A stretch of DNA of 64,000 bases. Source: an uncultured virus (IMG/VR IMGVR_UViG_3300009161_006655). Lineage: Duplodnaviria; Heunggongvirae; Uroviricota; Caudoviricetes. Position numbers and translations under genes: made by a program. Within the stretch, counting starts at the first letter, position 1; each line of letters opens with the position of its first letter. The stretch lies in the IMG/VR virus record IMGVR_UViG_3300009161_006655, one strand, 5' to 3'. Positions 8,303 through 18,533 of this stretch are shown here, one piece after another. The notes below the pieces were generated by a model. That model worked only from the letters and a program-made list of their open reading frames with translations, was not told the DNA's origin and searched no databases.

Positions 8303-9397
8303 TTATTTTATTTTTAAGTAAAGATTCTCATCATGTATTAACTGATTATCCTTTGTTACTTTTATATTTAAACCTTCAAATGTTTCATCTAAATCAAATT
8401 GTTTAGTTGATGGTATTATCCAATAATTAGAACCTTTTGATACAGTCAAATTACAATTATAGATGTGTTGTTTATTTATATCTGATATTTCAAATAAACA
8501 ATTTTCATTTGTTTCAAATGTTTCAATTGTTAACTTATTCTCAGCTCTGTTAAAATCTAATTTGAAATCAAATGTATAAGGACCGTCAGTCATTTGATGT
8601 AAAATAGGAACTTGCATTCCTCTTCCTGACCAAAATGTTGAGCTAAACTTAACAGCATCTTTTTCTTCATTCCACTCAAATCCACATCTTAAACCAAGAG
8701 GTACTTCGTGATTTATACCGTGATATCTTTTATTTTGATAAAGTATTTTATCTTTTGTTCTTGAATCATCGGATAACCAGGAGTAGTGATCTACATAAGC
8801 TATAGATTTTGGTATTGCAATAGAGTCTGAATATTTATATGTTGATTTACCATCAAAGTGGTCGCCATATTCAAATCTATTATCAAAAAAGAATCTTCTA
8901 ATACCACCGTGTCTATTCATCCAAAATATTCTATCATGTTCATAGTCATATGTAAATAAACCTTTATTAATCGTGTGATTCTTAAAGTTAATTCTATAAC
9001 CATCGTGGTCAGGATTTTTCATAACGAAATCTAAAATATCTCTAATATTTTGTTCTGTAAAAACTTCATCCCCATCAATTACAATTAATAAGTCACATTT
9101 GTTACCACGACCAAATCTACCACCGTTTAGAAAGTCTAAACTTATATCTCTGCTATAATCTTCATCGATTAAATTTTTACCAGATAAAGTTGTTAAACAA
9201 TCTAATCCTTTTTTAACCAATTTATTTGAAGTTCCTTCGTTTTTTTCAGAAATACCCATCTCTAAATAATCCTTAAACATTCCACTATTACATGCTATAA
9301 CAAAGTTATATTCTTCTCTTAGTTTTAACCAAGGTGCTAAACAATCATCTATATGTGATTCGCAGTTATATGCTGTTAGTAATACTCCTATTCTCAT
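8303..9397 (-). CDS. glycosyltransferase family 2-like protein
   Basis: LLTAYNCE N-terminus and IDGDE DxD motif. Confidence 0.7.
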   Translation of the reverse strand: MRIGVLLTAYNCESHIDDCLAPWLKLREEYNFVIACNSGMFKDYLEMGISEKNEGTSNKLVKKGLDCLTTLSGKNLIDEDYSRDISLDFLNGGRFGRGNKCDLLIVIDGDEVFTEQNIRDILDFVMKNPDHDGYRINFKNHTINKGLFTYDYEHDRIFWMNRHGGIRRFFFDNRFEYGDHFDGKSTYKYSDSIAIPKSIAYVDHYSWLSDDSRTKDKILYQNKRYHGINHEVPLGLRCGFEWNEEKDAVKFSSTFWSGRGMQVPILHQMTDGPYTFDFKLDFNRAENKLTIETFETNENCLFEISDINKQHIYNCNLTVSKGSNYWIIPSTKQFDLDETFEGLNIKVTKDNQLIHDENLYLKIK

Positions 9398-9413
9398 AAA
9401 TAATTTTTATTTT

Positions 9414-10178
9414 TTATTCTTTCCAAAAATTTACAGTTCTTAAATCTCCATTACCTAAAAAAAGTACAAAACTTTTAAAACCCAATCTATTCATTCTACT
9501 AATAAAGTTATCTTGGAAATCATCAAAGTGTTCATTTAGTTTATGAAACTCACAAGATAAACATCTAAGTGATTGTAAATTCTCATCTGTGATTGATGTT
9601 AAGACATCAACTTCACCACCTTCAATATCCATTTTCATAAAGTCAATTTTATCCGATACTTTACCAAATAATTCATTAATACCGACCATATAAGCTTTTT
9701 CTTGATGAATAACAGGTCTACTATTAACAGCCTCATCTTTAGATGAGCCACCACCAATATGTGTATAATCTGTGTGTATCATGAAGTCTATCCATTTATT
9801 TTGAGCACCAACTGCCATTTTATAAACTAAAGTTTTAGGACCTCTGTTTTTAATTAAACAGTTAAAAGTTGGAGTTAAAGGTTCAAATGATATAACTTTA
9901 GAAGCTCCTCTAAATTCAGCTCTGTGTGCGAATATACCAATGTTGCCACCGATATCCAATACAACATCACCTTCTTTAATAAAACAACCATATCTTTCAT
10001 AATCACAACCATTGTCATCATAAACAAAGTTTGTAAACATTTCATGCCACATGTAATTGTTACCATCAAAGTCACCAGAATAATACCTATCCATAGTGAA
10101 ACTTTCATTTTCTTTTGCTAAGTCTCTAAGAACTTCATTGCCTTCTTTGTCTAAAGTCCATATTTTTTTATTTCCCAT
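9414..10178 (-). CDS. FkbM family methyltransferase
   Basis: VLDIGGNIG, SFEP, MKMDIEGGE. Confidence 0.9.
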   Translation of the reverse strand: MGNKKIWTLDKEGNEVLRDLAKENESFTMDRYYSGDFDGNNYMWHEMFTNFVYDDNGCDYERYGCFIKEGDVVLDIGGNIGIFAHRAEFRGASKVISFEPLTPTFNCLIKNRGPKTLVYKMAVGAQNKWIDFMIHTDYTHIGGGSSKDEAVNSRPVIHQEKAYMVGINELFGKVSDKIDFMKMDIEGGEVDVLTSITDENLQSLRCLSCEFHKLNEHFDDFQDNFISRMNRLGFKSFVLFLGNGDLRTVNFWKE

Positions 10179-10179
10179 A

Positions 10180-10854
10180 TTATCTTTTTTTAATTATTAT
10201 TTTAATATTTTCACCTATTCTATAGTGATTTCCTATTAAATTCCAATCGGTATCATCTTTTTTACACCAATGATAGATTAATGAGCCTTTGCCAATTATA
10301 TCATAAGTTATATCAATTCTTTTATGTTCTCCTGTATAACTACCATTTTCTATTATATTCCAGGTGACCCAAGAATTTTTTAGAAAATTATCATCGATTA
10401 ATATAATTGAACCAGATGGCATTTTATCCCTTATAGCAACAAATTCTAACCAACCATGTAACATAGAAGGAACCGGATTTGTTATATCTAAGTCCCAAGA
10501 GTCTAAGTGAACTAAGTTTGGATTACCACTATACTCTTCTAAAAACTTAACTGAATCTGACACATAATGATTTACATTGAATCCTGGTATATATTTTTCA
10601 AATATTAATTTACTTTTATTTACTATATCTCCATAGATATCAACTGAGTGATATGAACCACTTTTTGATTGTGATATCTTAGCCAAGTATAATCCAAAAC
10701 AACCATCATCTAAATTTTGACTAGCTCCGGTTTCTATACATTCAATTCTTTCAAAATTGAAGTGTTCTTTTAATGCTAAATAAACATCTTGTGATTGATT
10801 TAACCTTCCTTCTGTTATTGATTGGTAGAAGTCTAATTCTTTTTTAGTATCCAT
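10180..10854 (-). CDS. class I SAM-dependent methyltransferase-like protein
   Basis: IETG, SVD, SDSVKFL, LVHLDS, ILIDD; start moved to MDTKK. Confidence 0.65.
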   Translation of the reverse strand: MDTKKELDFYQSITEGRLNQSQDVYLALKEHFNFERIECIETGASQNLDDGCFGLYLAKISQSKSGSYHSVDIYGDIVNKSKLIFEKYIPGFNVNHYVSDSVKFLEEYSGNPNLVHLDSWDLDITNPVPSMLHGWLEFVAIRDKMPSGSIILIDDNFLKNSWVTWNIIENGSYTGEHKRIDITYDIIGKGSLIYHWCKKDDTDWNLIGNHYRIGENIKIIIKKR

Positions 10855-12737
10855 TATATGTTGTAAAAATTTTCTATCTGTTCCATAACAGATTCTGGTG
10901 TAATTGCTTTTGTACAAATAAACCTTCTCGCTTCATCATTTCTATAAACTGGACACCATAACCAATCACCTGTGTTAAATGGATATTTATGGAAACAACC
11001 ATGACATACAGACTCTTCAAAAATTCTTAAAGTCTTATCATCAATGTATTCGTTGTCTTTAGAAGTCGCATTAGAAATAATAACAGTTGGTTTTCCTAAA
11101 CCTTGCGCAATCCAAGTTAAACCACTACTTAAACCAATAAACATTTCCGCGTGTTGAATGTAATTAAGAACTTCGTTGAAAGGTAGTCCAATTTTTTTAA
11201 CAGCTTTACTTGGTACTTCATTCATATGACCTGGTATACCAAATGAGAAATCTTTTTCAACAACAACTGGAGTCAAACCTTTCTTTCTCAACATCTTACA
11301 CAACTCATCCCAAGCACCTGGATGATTCCAATATTTACATTGAGTTGTGCTATGGACACCAATACAAACATACTTAGATTTGATTGGTCTTTCTCCGTTA
11401 ACACCATCTACTTTTAATACAACACCTTCAGAACTGATATTAAAATCCTTTGCATATCCAACTAACAAAGGAACATCAAATTTATAAGTTGCGTTTATTC
11501 TTTCAGTGTGAGGTACATTATTAACATGCCAAATTCCTTCTTCTGGTGCAAACTTAACATTAGTATCTGACTTTTTATAAATCATAATATCGCGGTAAGA
11601 TGATCTGAATAAGTCAGGATGGTTACAAATAACTGTAACTTTTTTACCAGTTTCTTTTCTCCACTTTTCTATAATAGACATAGCACCAACATTATCACCT
11701 AAGGCATCACTTACTATCTCAACCAATGTTCTTGGTTCAATTAATTCTTTTTCAACCTTAACTAAGTTAGTAGTTGTTACTTTACCCCAAATATTTTTAA
11801 CTTCTTCCAAAACCGGAACGTAAGACGGGTTACATTCAAAAGAGGGTTTCTTTTCTAAACAAGTTCCAATTAAAGTAACTGCTTGTATATGACCCCAATC
11901 TCTTAAAGAATATTTAAGATCTGAAGCACAGTGTAATTGACAACCTCCAACAATATAGGAATACTTATAACTTTGAGAATTTTTTCTCCAAGGTGATCTA
12001 TACTCTGGTTTAATAGAACTACCTAATTGAATTATATTTACATCTGTTGTTCCTGCTAAGTGAAGAACACCCGAATCCATTGTTATAACACATTGAGCTT
12101 TATTAATAATATGCCAAGATTGGTTTAATGTGGTTTGATTAGTTAGGTCTAAACCATTTTTAATATCTAATTTAAATACTGGTTTAAGAGTTGTTCCACT
12201 ATAATCAGACTCTTCTTTAGTATCTTTACCAATACTAACTACAGGTATACCTAACTCTTCAAGTGATATAATAAGTGATTGCCAATTATATTTACTCCAA
12301 GTTCTAGAATCCCAAGATTGAGCAGGATGAATAACAACATACTTTTCTGGTAAGTTAATTCCTGATAAACAAGAATCATTGCTTTGTGGAAAATAATCAC
12401 ATGTTAACTCTTCTGGTGTTAACATAAATCCAATATCTTTTGCGTGAAACTGACGAATATCACACATAGCGTGTTTGAATTCAATGCCACGAGAATCTGT
12501 TTTACCTAAAAGAAAGAATGTTTTATGAAGGTCATATTTCTCTGATAATTGTTCTTCTGTATAATCATTAAAGTTTAAACTTTCATCTACATAAGGACAG
12601 TTATTAAAAAGATATGGGTGGTTAGATATTACTGTTATAGTTGATTGATATATCTCAGCTAACTTTTTTATGGTTGGTGTAGCACATATGAGATCGCCCA
12701 TTGCCGCGGCTGATGAATAAAAAGCTTGTTTCTTCAT
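10854..12737 (-). CDS. double GT9 glycosyltransferase; C-terminal half Aah/TibC-like protein heptosyltransferase
   Basis: MGD/LGD starts, DSGVLHLAG, GLSSGLTWIA, Cys motif VCHGC...WCP...CTKAI. Confidence 0.8.
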   Translation of the reverse strand: MKKQAFYSSAAAMGDLICATPTIKKLAEIYQSTITVISNHPYLFNNCPYVDESLNFNDYTEEQLSEKYDLHKTFFLLGKTDSRGIEFKHAMCDIRQFHAKDIGFMLTPEELTCDYFPQSNDSCLSGINLPEKYVVIHPAQSWDSRTWSKYNWQSLIISLEELGIPVVSIGKDTKEESDYSGTTLKPVFKLDIKNGLDLTNQTTLNQSWHIINKAQCVITMDSGVLHLAGTTDVNIIQLGSSIKPEYRSPWRKNSQSYKYSYIVGGCQLHCASDLKYSLRDWGHIQAVTLIGTCLEKKPSFECNPSYVPVLEEVKNIWGKVTTTNLVKVEKELIEPRTLVEIVSDALGDNVGAMSIIEKWRKETGKKVTVICNHPDLFRSSYRDIMIYKKSDTNVKFAPEEGIWHVNNVPHTERINATYKFDVPLLVGYAKDFNISSEGVVLKVDGVNGERPIKSKYVCIGVHSTTQCKYWNHPGAWDELCKMLRKKGLTPVVVEKDFSFGIPGHMNEVPSKAVKKIGLPFNEVLNYIQHAEMFIGLSSGLTWIAQGLGKPTVIISNATSKDNEYIDDKTLRIFEESVCHGCFHKYPFNTGDWLWCPVYRNDEARRFICTKAITPESVMEQIENFYNI

Positions 12738-12845
12738 TAACTATTATAAAATTTATTAGTTATATGAAAATAACAATCAAATGTTATATAATAGAGTAAA
12801 AATATATCTAATTTTATTAAAAAAATATTATTAATATTGAATTGT

Positions 12846-13169
12846 TTAAACAGAAAATGATTCACCGCATCCACAACTTCTTGAGGCATTAGGATTGTTA
12901 AATGTGAAACCTTTGCCATTAAGACCACCTGAGTAATCTAACTCTGTTCCAAATAAATAAAGAAAACTTTTTCTATCACAGACAATCTTTACACCTTTGT
13001 CTTCAAATTCTTGGTCACCTTCATCTAATTTATCATCAAATGATAGATCATAGGAAAGGCCTGAACAACCACCACCTTTAACACCAACTCGAATGAATGG
13101 ATTAGTGAGGTTTTCCTCGTTCATTAATTTAATGGCTTGTTCTTTAGCCGATTCTGTTATTGTAATCAT
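12846..13169 (-). CDS. iscA: A-type Fe-S cluster carrier (IscA/HesB)
   Basis: GGGCSG and CGCGESF. Confidence 0.93.
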   Translation of the reverse strand: MITITESAKEQAIKLMNEENLTNPFIRVGVKGGGCSGLSYDLSFDDKLDEGDQEFEDKGVKIVCDRKSFLYLFGTELDYSGGLNGKGFTFNNPNASRSCGCGESFSV

Positions 13170-13231
13170 AATTGGTTATAATAAAAAAACCCCAAAAAGA
13201 TGGAGTTTTAATTTATTTTTTTGTTAAAAAA

Positions 13232-13594
13232 TTACATATTTTCTTTAGAACCGTCAACAATTTGTTTAGCAATTGTTTTTGGATCTGCTTGTGGATTTTC
13301 AGCAATTTTATCAGCAATCATTTTGTTAGTTGCTTCTTTTTGCTCTTTGTTAAATTTCAAGTAAGATGGAATAAAAGTACCACCAACTAAACCAATAGCA
13401 CCAAGAACACCAGCAACTGCTTCCCAGTTAGAATATAATTCACCAGTACCATCATAATTTGATTGTTGTAACCATTGTGTGAATTGATTGAATAATTCAG
13501 GAATTTGAGAGATTATACTAAAATCAAATTCTTCATTTACTTTTTTAGCATTTTCTGTTGTCGAATACGATTCAAATTTTTGAATATGTTTCAT
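13232..13594 (-). CDS. membrane protein with capsid-targeting-like N-terminus (MKHIQKFES)
   Basis: N-terminal motif, one TM helix, TTAATATATA at 13628-13637. Confidence 0.65.
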   Translation of the reverse strand: MKHIQKFESYSTTENAKKVNEEFDFSIISQIPELFNQFTQWLQQSNYDGTGELYSNWEAVAGVLGAIGLVGGTFIPSYLKFNKEQKEATNKMIADKIAENPQADPKTIAKQIVDGSKENM

Positions 13595-13706
13595 GATTAT
13601 TTAATATTTTTTTTAATTTTATACTATTATATATTAAGTTCTATTTATAGAAAATAAACTTTATCAATATATATAAGTATATTGATAAATATAACGAATA
13701 ACTAGA

Positions 13707-13961
13707 GTGAAAAAGACTTTATTAGGTAGTGTTTTAGTCACTACAATGATTATCACATCTTGTAAAAAAGATGATATAATTCTAAATCAACAGGAAAATA
13801 TCGAAGTTGATTCAACCAAGAAATCAAAAGTATATAACTTTGTTCATGCTGTTAATAAAATATCTAGCAAAAAAGAAGATCCTGTGAAGACTCAATCAAA
13901 GAAAAGTAAAAGGTTTAATAAATTTAAAGAATTTATAAAATCAAAATTCAAAAAGTGTTAA
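13707..13961 (+). CDS. putative surface lipoprotein
   Basis: ITSC lipobox followed by KKDD. Confidence 0.6.
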   Translation: MKKTLLGSVLVTTMIITSCKKDDIILNQQENIEVDSTKKSKVYNFVHAVNKISSKKEDPVKTQSKKSKRFNKFKEFIKSKFKKC

Positions 13962-14323
13962 TCTTTTATTATTTTATCTATTTTACTATCTCTATTTATC
14001 TCTTTATTACTTTTTAAGAAATTATTCCAAGCATTTGATAGACTTTCATTTTTTCTAATATTTACTTGTTTACTAATATTTCTTTTAATAAAGAAAAATA
14101 AGATTTTCAAAAAGAAGTTATTTATACCAATTGTTTTAAAGTCATAAAATTTTGAATCACCAGAACTCAAATTAAATTGCCATAAACCAGTATCAAAGTT
14201 CTTTTTAAATGAAACATATTTAGTCGAATAGAAATTTGACCTACCTTCAGTAGACCATTGTGAATCAATGCTAATGATTTCTTTAATAATAAACTTTCTT
14301 ATATCTTTTATTGAATTATCCAT
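13958..14323 (-). CDS. hypothetical protein with C-terminal RDSKIDKII motif
   Basis: ORF track. Confidence 0.6.
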   Translation of the reverse strand: MDNSIKDIRKFIIKEIISIDSQWSTEGRSNFYSTKYVSFKKNFDTGLWQFNLSSGDSKFYDFKTIGINNFFLKILFFFIKRNISKQVNIRKNESLSNAWNNFLKSNKEINRDSKIDKIIKD

Positions 14324-14368
14324 AGCTATTATAGATATTCATGTTTAATTTGTTTAATATATACATTT

Positions 14369-14614
14369 ATGGAGTATCTGAAATCATACAAAATATTTGA
14401 GTCTGAATCTTCTAGTCTAAAGTTTACAAAACAAACTAAGAAGAAGGGTGCTAAAACCGACACTTATAATGTAAGTAAAGGTGGCAATGTTATTGGACAA
14501 ATCAAATGGTACTCTAGAATGAGAGGATATGCTTTCTTACCAACTAATGACATAAGTGTTGAAATTAAAGATTTTGTTAAAGACTTAATGAAAAAGAGAA
14601 GAGAAGAAAAGTGA
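14369..14614 (+). CDS. hypothetical protein with capsid-targeting-like N-terminus
   Basis: MEYLKSYKIFES; TTAATATATA at 14354-14363. Confidence 0.65.
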   Translation: MEYLKSYKIFESESSSLKFTKQTKKKGAKTDTYNVSKGGNVIGQIKWYSRMRGYAFLPTNDISVEIKDFVKDLMKKRREEK

Positions 14615-15132
14615 AACATTTAAAATCATATAAAATATTTGAATCTCGTATTGAAAATCTCGAAGATGATGTTAGAGACATTTTACTTGAGTTAGAAGAT
14701 GAAGGATTTCAAATTGAAATTTCTAGAACTAGCAAAGATGTAGAGATTGAACACATGAAAAGGTGGCGACCAGAAAAAGTCAACAAGTTAAGAACAGATG
14801 TTTTCTTAGAAGTTCGTGTAATGAGACCGTGGGGTTCTCCAGATAGAGTTATACCAAATACACCAACTCCACCTGGTGGTACATATCCCGGTAATATACT
14901 TATATGGAGAGAAGTTAAAGATGCTATTATCAGATTAACTGAGTGGTATTATTCAGAATCAATATATGAACCAATAGATAAAGAAACGATATACAGAACA
15001 GAAAAAGATGATTCACCTTTAAGATTTTTTAATGGTGGAATAGAATTTGGAACTGGATGGTCTAAAGAAGAAGATTTTACGTTAGGTGACCTTATAAGTT
15101 TCACAAGTTTAAGAATGGAAATAAAATTATAA
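14611..15132 (+). CDS. hypothetical protein with capsid-targeting-like N-terminus
   Basis: MKHLKSYKIFES (GTG start). Confidence 0.65.
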   Translation: MKHLKSYKIFESRIENLEDDVRDILLELEDEGFQIEISRTSKDVEIEHMKRWRPEKVNKLRTDVFLEVRVMRPWGSPDRVIPNTPTPPGGTYPGNILIWREVKDAIIRLTEWYYSESIYEPIDKETIYRTEKDDSPLRFFNGGIEFGTGWSKEEDFTLGDLISFTSLRMEIKL

Positions 15133-15142
15133 TATATACGAT

Positions 15143-16063
15143 ATGAAAAATATTAAAAATTACAAAGAGTTCACTAAAACTTCTATCAATGAGGAAGAAG
15201 GCTGGAAAGACATAGCTCTTGGAACAGCTTTAGCCGCAGGTTCATTGATGCCTGGTCAATTAAAGGCTGGGAATACTGATTATACTAATAATAATCCAAC
15301 TGAAATATCATATGAGGCTCCTGCTGAGAAAGATGGTAAGTCTATTGATTGGCCTTGGAGTAAGAAAACTAAAACTATTCATAAAAAAGTTAAGACTGGA
15401 GCAGAAGCAGATAAGTTGATAAACAAAGGATGGTCTTTGGACTCAAGTCAAGTTGATACTCTTTGGAAAGAAGTTACTATACAAAAACCAGATACAACTG
15501 TACATATAGATGAAATAAAATTTGATAATAATCAATATTTTGCATCAGGTAAATACAACTTAAATGAAGATATGGGTGATTCTATTTCTTCAACTATTGA
15601 TGATATCTTAGCTCAAGGTGGTATTATATCAGGAATACAAGTTGAATCATCAACTGATAAACAAGGTCTTTCATTAAGACTCCAAAATGAACTTAAAGGT
15701 ATTGGATATTCTGGTGATAATACTGGTTTATCAAAAGCTAGATGTGGACAAATAACAGATTACTTAGTAGGATTAGGAGTTGATAGTTCATTGGTAACAT
15801 CTAATCAAGTAGTTGGTGGAGGTACTGGTACAGTTGATGCGTCTGCTAGATATGTAATTATTAAAATAGTTTATTTAGATAAAGAGATAGTTTCGACACC
15901 AGGGATTGTTGATAAAATTCCTCAACTAAAAGAACTTCATTATTTATCAAAAGAAGTTGAAATAACTAAATACAAAAAGACACGTCATAAAAAACATCAT
16001 GTTAGACACAAAAAAACACATATTAAAAAGTGTAGTAACATTAATAAATGTTTTGTATTTTAA
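15143..16063 (+). CDS. OmpA-like domain protein with capsid-targeting-like N-terminus
   Basis: FASGKYNL...VESSTD...NTGLSKAR...RYVII; leader MKNIKNYKEF...INE then a hydrophobic segment. Confidence 0.6.
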   Translation: MKNIKNYKEFTKTSINEEEGWKDIALGTALAAGSLMPGQLKAGNTDYTNNNPTEISYEAPAEKDGKSIDWPWSKKTKTIHKKVKTGAEADKLINKGWSLDSSQVDTLWKEVTIQKPDTTVHIDEIKFDNNQYFASGKYNLNEDMGDSISSTIDDILAQGGIISGIQVESSTDKQGLSLRLQNELKGIGYSGDNTGLSKARCGQITDYLVGLGVDSSLVTSNQVVGGGTGTVDASARYVIIKIVYLDKEIVSTPGIVDKIPQLKELHYLSKEVEITKYKKTRHKKHHVRHKKTHIKKCSNINKCFVF

Positions 16064-16064
16064 C

Positions 16065-16096
16065 AAAAAACCCACTCAATTTGAGTGGGTTTTTTT
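16065..16096. terminator. bidirectional intrinsic terminator
   Basis: aaaaaacccactcaa-t-ttgagtgggttttttt. Confidence 0.8.
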
Positions 16097-16099
16097 ATT

Positions 16100-16720
16100 T
16101 TAGAAAATTTTGATTAAGAATTCTCGAATTTTATTAAAGAATCTTTTGATTCCTTTAACCTTTTTAGGTTGAATGTCAGTAACGATTTCTTTATTGACTT
16201 TTTTCAAATCAGTGGTGAATACCATAGTAGCTTTAACTTCATAGTTTTTCCAATTTTTAACACCAACACTTCTAGTTTTTACTTTAGTACTCACGCCGGT
16301 AAATTTATATTTATCAGTAATTAAAACTTTATTATGATCAAGACTTTTCTTCCAAACATCAACAATTAAAGTAGCTAACTTGTCTAAATAATCAGTATCA
16401 TTGACTTTGAAGTTCATACTAACACTGTTACAAACTTCAGCAGTACTAGCGTTTTTGTTACCACCGAAGTAGATGTATCTTTTACCAGGAGTTTCAAAAC
16501 CAATGTTATTTTGGTCGTGACCAACAACACTATCGTTTTTATACAAATAACTAGCTTGATTATCAGCCGCTAAGAAAGAAACAGTATCAAATTGAACTTT
16601 ATTTAATCCTAAAGAAGTTCTGTATTCGTTTACTTTAACAAGTACTAAACTATCTAATTTACTTTGAGCGAAAACACTCACAGACAAGAATAAGAATAAT
16701 ATGCTGATGATTTTTTTCAT
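16100..16720 (-). CDS. secreted CAP/SCP-domain protein
   Basis: Signal peptide; VNEYRTSLGL...AEV...WKKSLDHNKVL. Confidence 0.8.
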   Translation of the reverse strand: MKKIISILFLFLSVSVFAQSKLDSLVLVKVNEYRTSLGLNKVQFDTVSFLAADNQASYLYKNDSVVGHDQNNIGFETPGKRYIYFGGNKNASTAEVCNSVSMNFKVNDTDYLDKLATLIVDVWKKSLDHNKVLITDKYKFTGVSTKVKTRSVGVKNWKNYEVKATMVFTTDLKKVNKEIVTDIQPKKVKGIKRFFNKIREFLIKIF

Positions 16721-16736
16721 AGTGTAAATATACAAC

Positions 16737-17006
16737 TTATTTTGATTTTTTCAAAGTTTTTTCTTTTTTTGCTGCCATTTTTAATTTAAGATTAAAAATT
16801 TCATGGTCAGTTAAACCAGTGAATGGTGTTACTTTTATTGTTTCTTCCTGACCTTGAAAAGGACGCTCTGTGTATATGTCATCGGATTCATCACCTTCGG
16901 TGTTAATTATATCAATTTTTGATTTAGAGGTATCAACTTTAACAGTTTGTGAAAAACCGAATAAAGGAAGTAAGAATAGAAATGCGATAGTGGTTATTTT
17001 TTTCAT
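16737..17006 (-). CDS. secreted hypothetical protein
   Basis: Signal peptide ending FSQ; TATATTTG upstream. Confidence 0.6.
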   Translation of the reverse strand: MKKITTIAFLFLLPLFGFSQTVKVDTSKSKIDIINTEGDESDDIYTERPFQGQEETIKVTPFTGLTDHEIFNLKLKMAAKKEKTLKKSK

Positions 17007-17072
17007 ACTTCAAATATACGGATTTTATTTCAATAAATGAATTTTATATATAAAAATAAATTAAAAATAACT

Positions 17073-17357
17073 ATGGAAAATAAAACAGAAAATAATTCTA
17101 GTGGATTTTTTGATGTCTTCTTATCAAAGCTGAAGGAACAATCATTTATAATAGTACTTATGTTAGGTGTTGTTTACTTTCAAAATAAAATGTTTACTGA
17201 AAGAATAACAAATCATAGAGAAACTGAAAAAAAACAACAAGAGTATATAGATAAATTAGTTGATGATGAAAGAGCTAGATTAATTGAAAGAGAAAAGTAT
17301 CTTGTCCAACAAAGAGATAAATATATAGAAGATGCTATAAATGAGTTAAGAAAATAA
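17073..17357 (+). CDS. single-TM coiled-coil protein (possibly holin-like)
   Basis: One TM helix followed by a charged coiled coil. Confidence 0.45.
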   Translation: MENKTENNSSGFFDVFLSKLKEQSFIIVLMLGVVYFQNKMFTERITNHRETEKKQQEYIDKLVDDERARLIEREKYLVQQRDKYIEDAINELRK

Positions 17358-17358
17358 T

Positions 17359-17565
17359 CTATCTTCTTTTCAACATTGGATCGTAATTAACATCAATATC
17401 ATCTTCATATATTTGAAGCTCTTGTAGTATATGTCTTAATTTTGAAACTTCATCAAGTCTATCAAACTCTTTCCAGTTTCTATTTCTTCTAGCATATATC
17501 ATTTGTTCAGTTGATAACTGGTCACATATTTTTATTAAATTATAATTTAGTAAATCTTTATTCAT
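17359..17565 (-). CDS. hypothetical protein
   Basis: ORF track. Confidence 0.5.
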   Translation of the reverse strand: MNKDLLNYNLIKICDQLSTEQMIYARRNRNWKEFDRLDEVSKLRHILQELQIYEDDIDVNYDPMLKRR

Positions 17566-17613
17566 AATTTTTTTATATATTTAAACTTAAATACTAAAAC
17601 TTATATAAATTAT

Positions 17614-17751
17614 ATGAAAAATAAATTCAAAAGATTTGAAAAATGGCTTGACCTACATATAGGTTGGTTCTTTATTAATGGTCATAAGCAAGAAGCATGG
17701 TCTGAACGTCTAAAAGAAAAGTATCCAGAAGAATATAAATCTTCTAAGTAA
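17614..17751 (+). CDS. small hypothetical protein (MKNKFKRFEKWLDLHIGWFF...)
   Basis: Translated by hand, 45 aa, fills the intergenic gap. Confidence 0.5.
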   Translation: MKNKFKRFEKWLDLHIGWFFINGHKQEAWSERLKEKYPEEYKSSK

Positions 17752-17753
17752 GA

Positions 17754-18050
17754 TTATCTAGGTATCTTAACTTCAGCTTTTGCTTTAGGATGTTTGTAAA
17801 TGATATAATCTACTAATTTATCACACATCTGGTCGGCTCCTCCATTTATCTTCTCTACAGAAATTTCTAAAGTTTTTCTACCACGGTAGTATTCATATTC
17901 TACTCTTAGAAATTTTGCAACATAATTTCCTTCATACAAAATAGAATCACCTTTTACTGAAAACTTAGCAACTTCTTGTTTAGAAATTTTACTTTGTGTA
18001 TGACACGCCACCATCAAAGTTAAAAACATTATTAATAATATATTTCTCAT
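17754..18050 (-). CDS. putative lipoprotein
   Basis: MVAC lipobox. Confidence 0.65.
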   Translation of the reverse strand: MRNILLIMFLTLMVACHTQSKISKQEVAKFSVKGDSILYEGNYVAKFLRVEYEYYRGRKTLEISVEKINGGADQMCDKLVDYIIYKHPKAKAEVKIPR

Positions 18051-18210
18051 AAATTATATATTCATGTTCTTTGTCTCATTTTGATGAAATATTAAAACCT
18101 TAACATTAAAAATTAAAATTAAGTGTTAACTAAAGGCTAAGTAAAGGTTTTATTACTGCTATACTAATTGAATTTATTGATATTTTTTAATAATTAAAAA
18201 TATATAATTT

Positions 18211-18387
18211 ATGAAAAAAATAATTATATTTTTAGGTATTATCTTGACTTCTTGTCAATCAGAAAGACTTGTTGTTAAAGTCACAGTTAAAACAACATTA
18301 ACACAAGACATAAATCAATCTATTGTAGATGGATTTTATAATAATGATACCGTTGGATTAACTAGTAAGATTTATTTAGTTAAATAA
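18211..18387 (+). CDS. small putative lipoprotein (58 aa)
   Basis: Translated by hand: MKKIIIFLGIILTSCQSE... Confidence 0.55.
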   Translation: MKKIIIFLGIILTSCQSERLVVKVTVKTTLTQDINQSIVDGFYNNDTVGLTSKIYLVK

Positions 18388-18533
18388 ATTTCACCCACAT
18401 ACCTATTTCAAAAATGAGCAGTATTCTTTTTCTGTTCTCATATTACGTTTCTGTTAATAAACTTATTGTTTATTTTTTTTAATCAAAAATTAAATATATA
18501 GATAATACACGAAACATAGATGAACAAAAGGAC

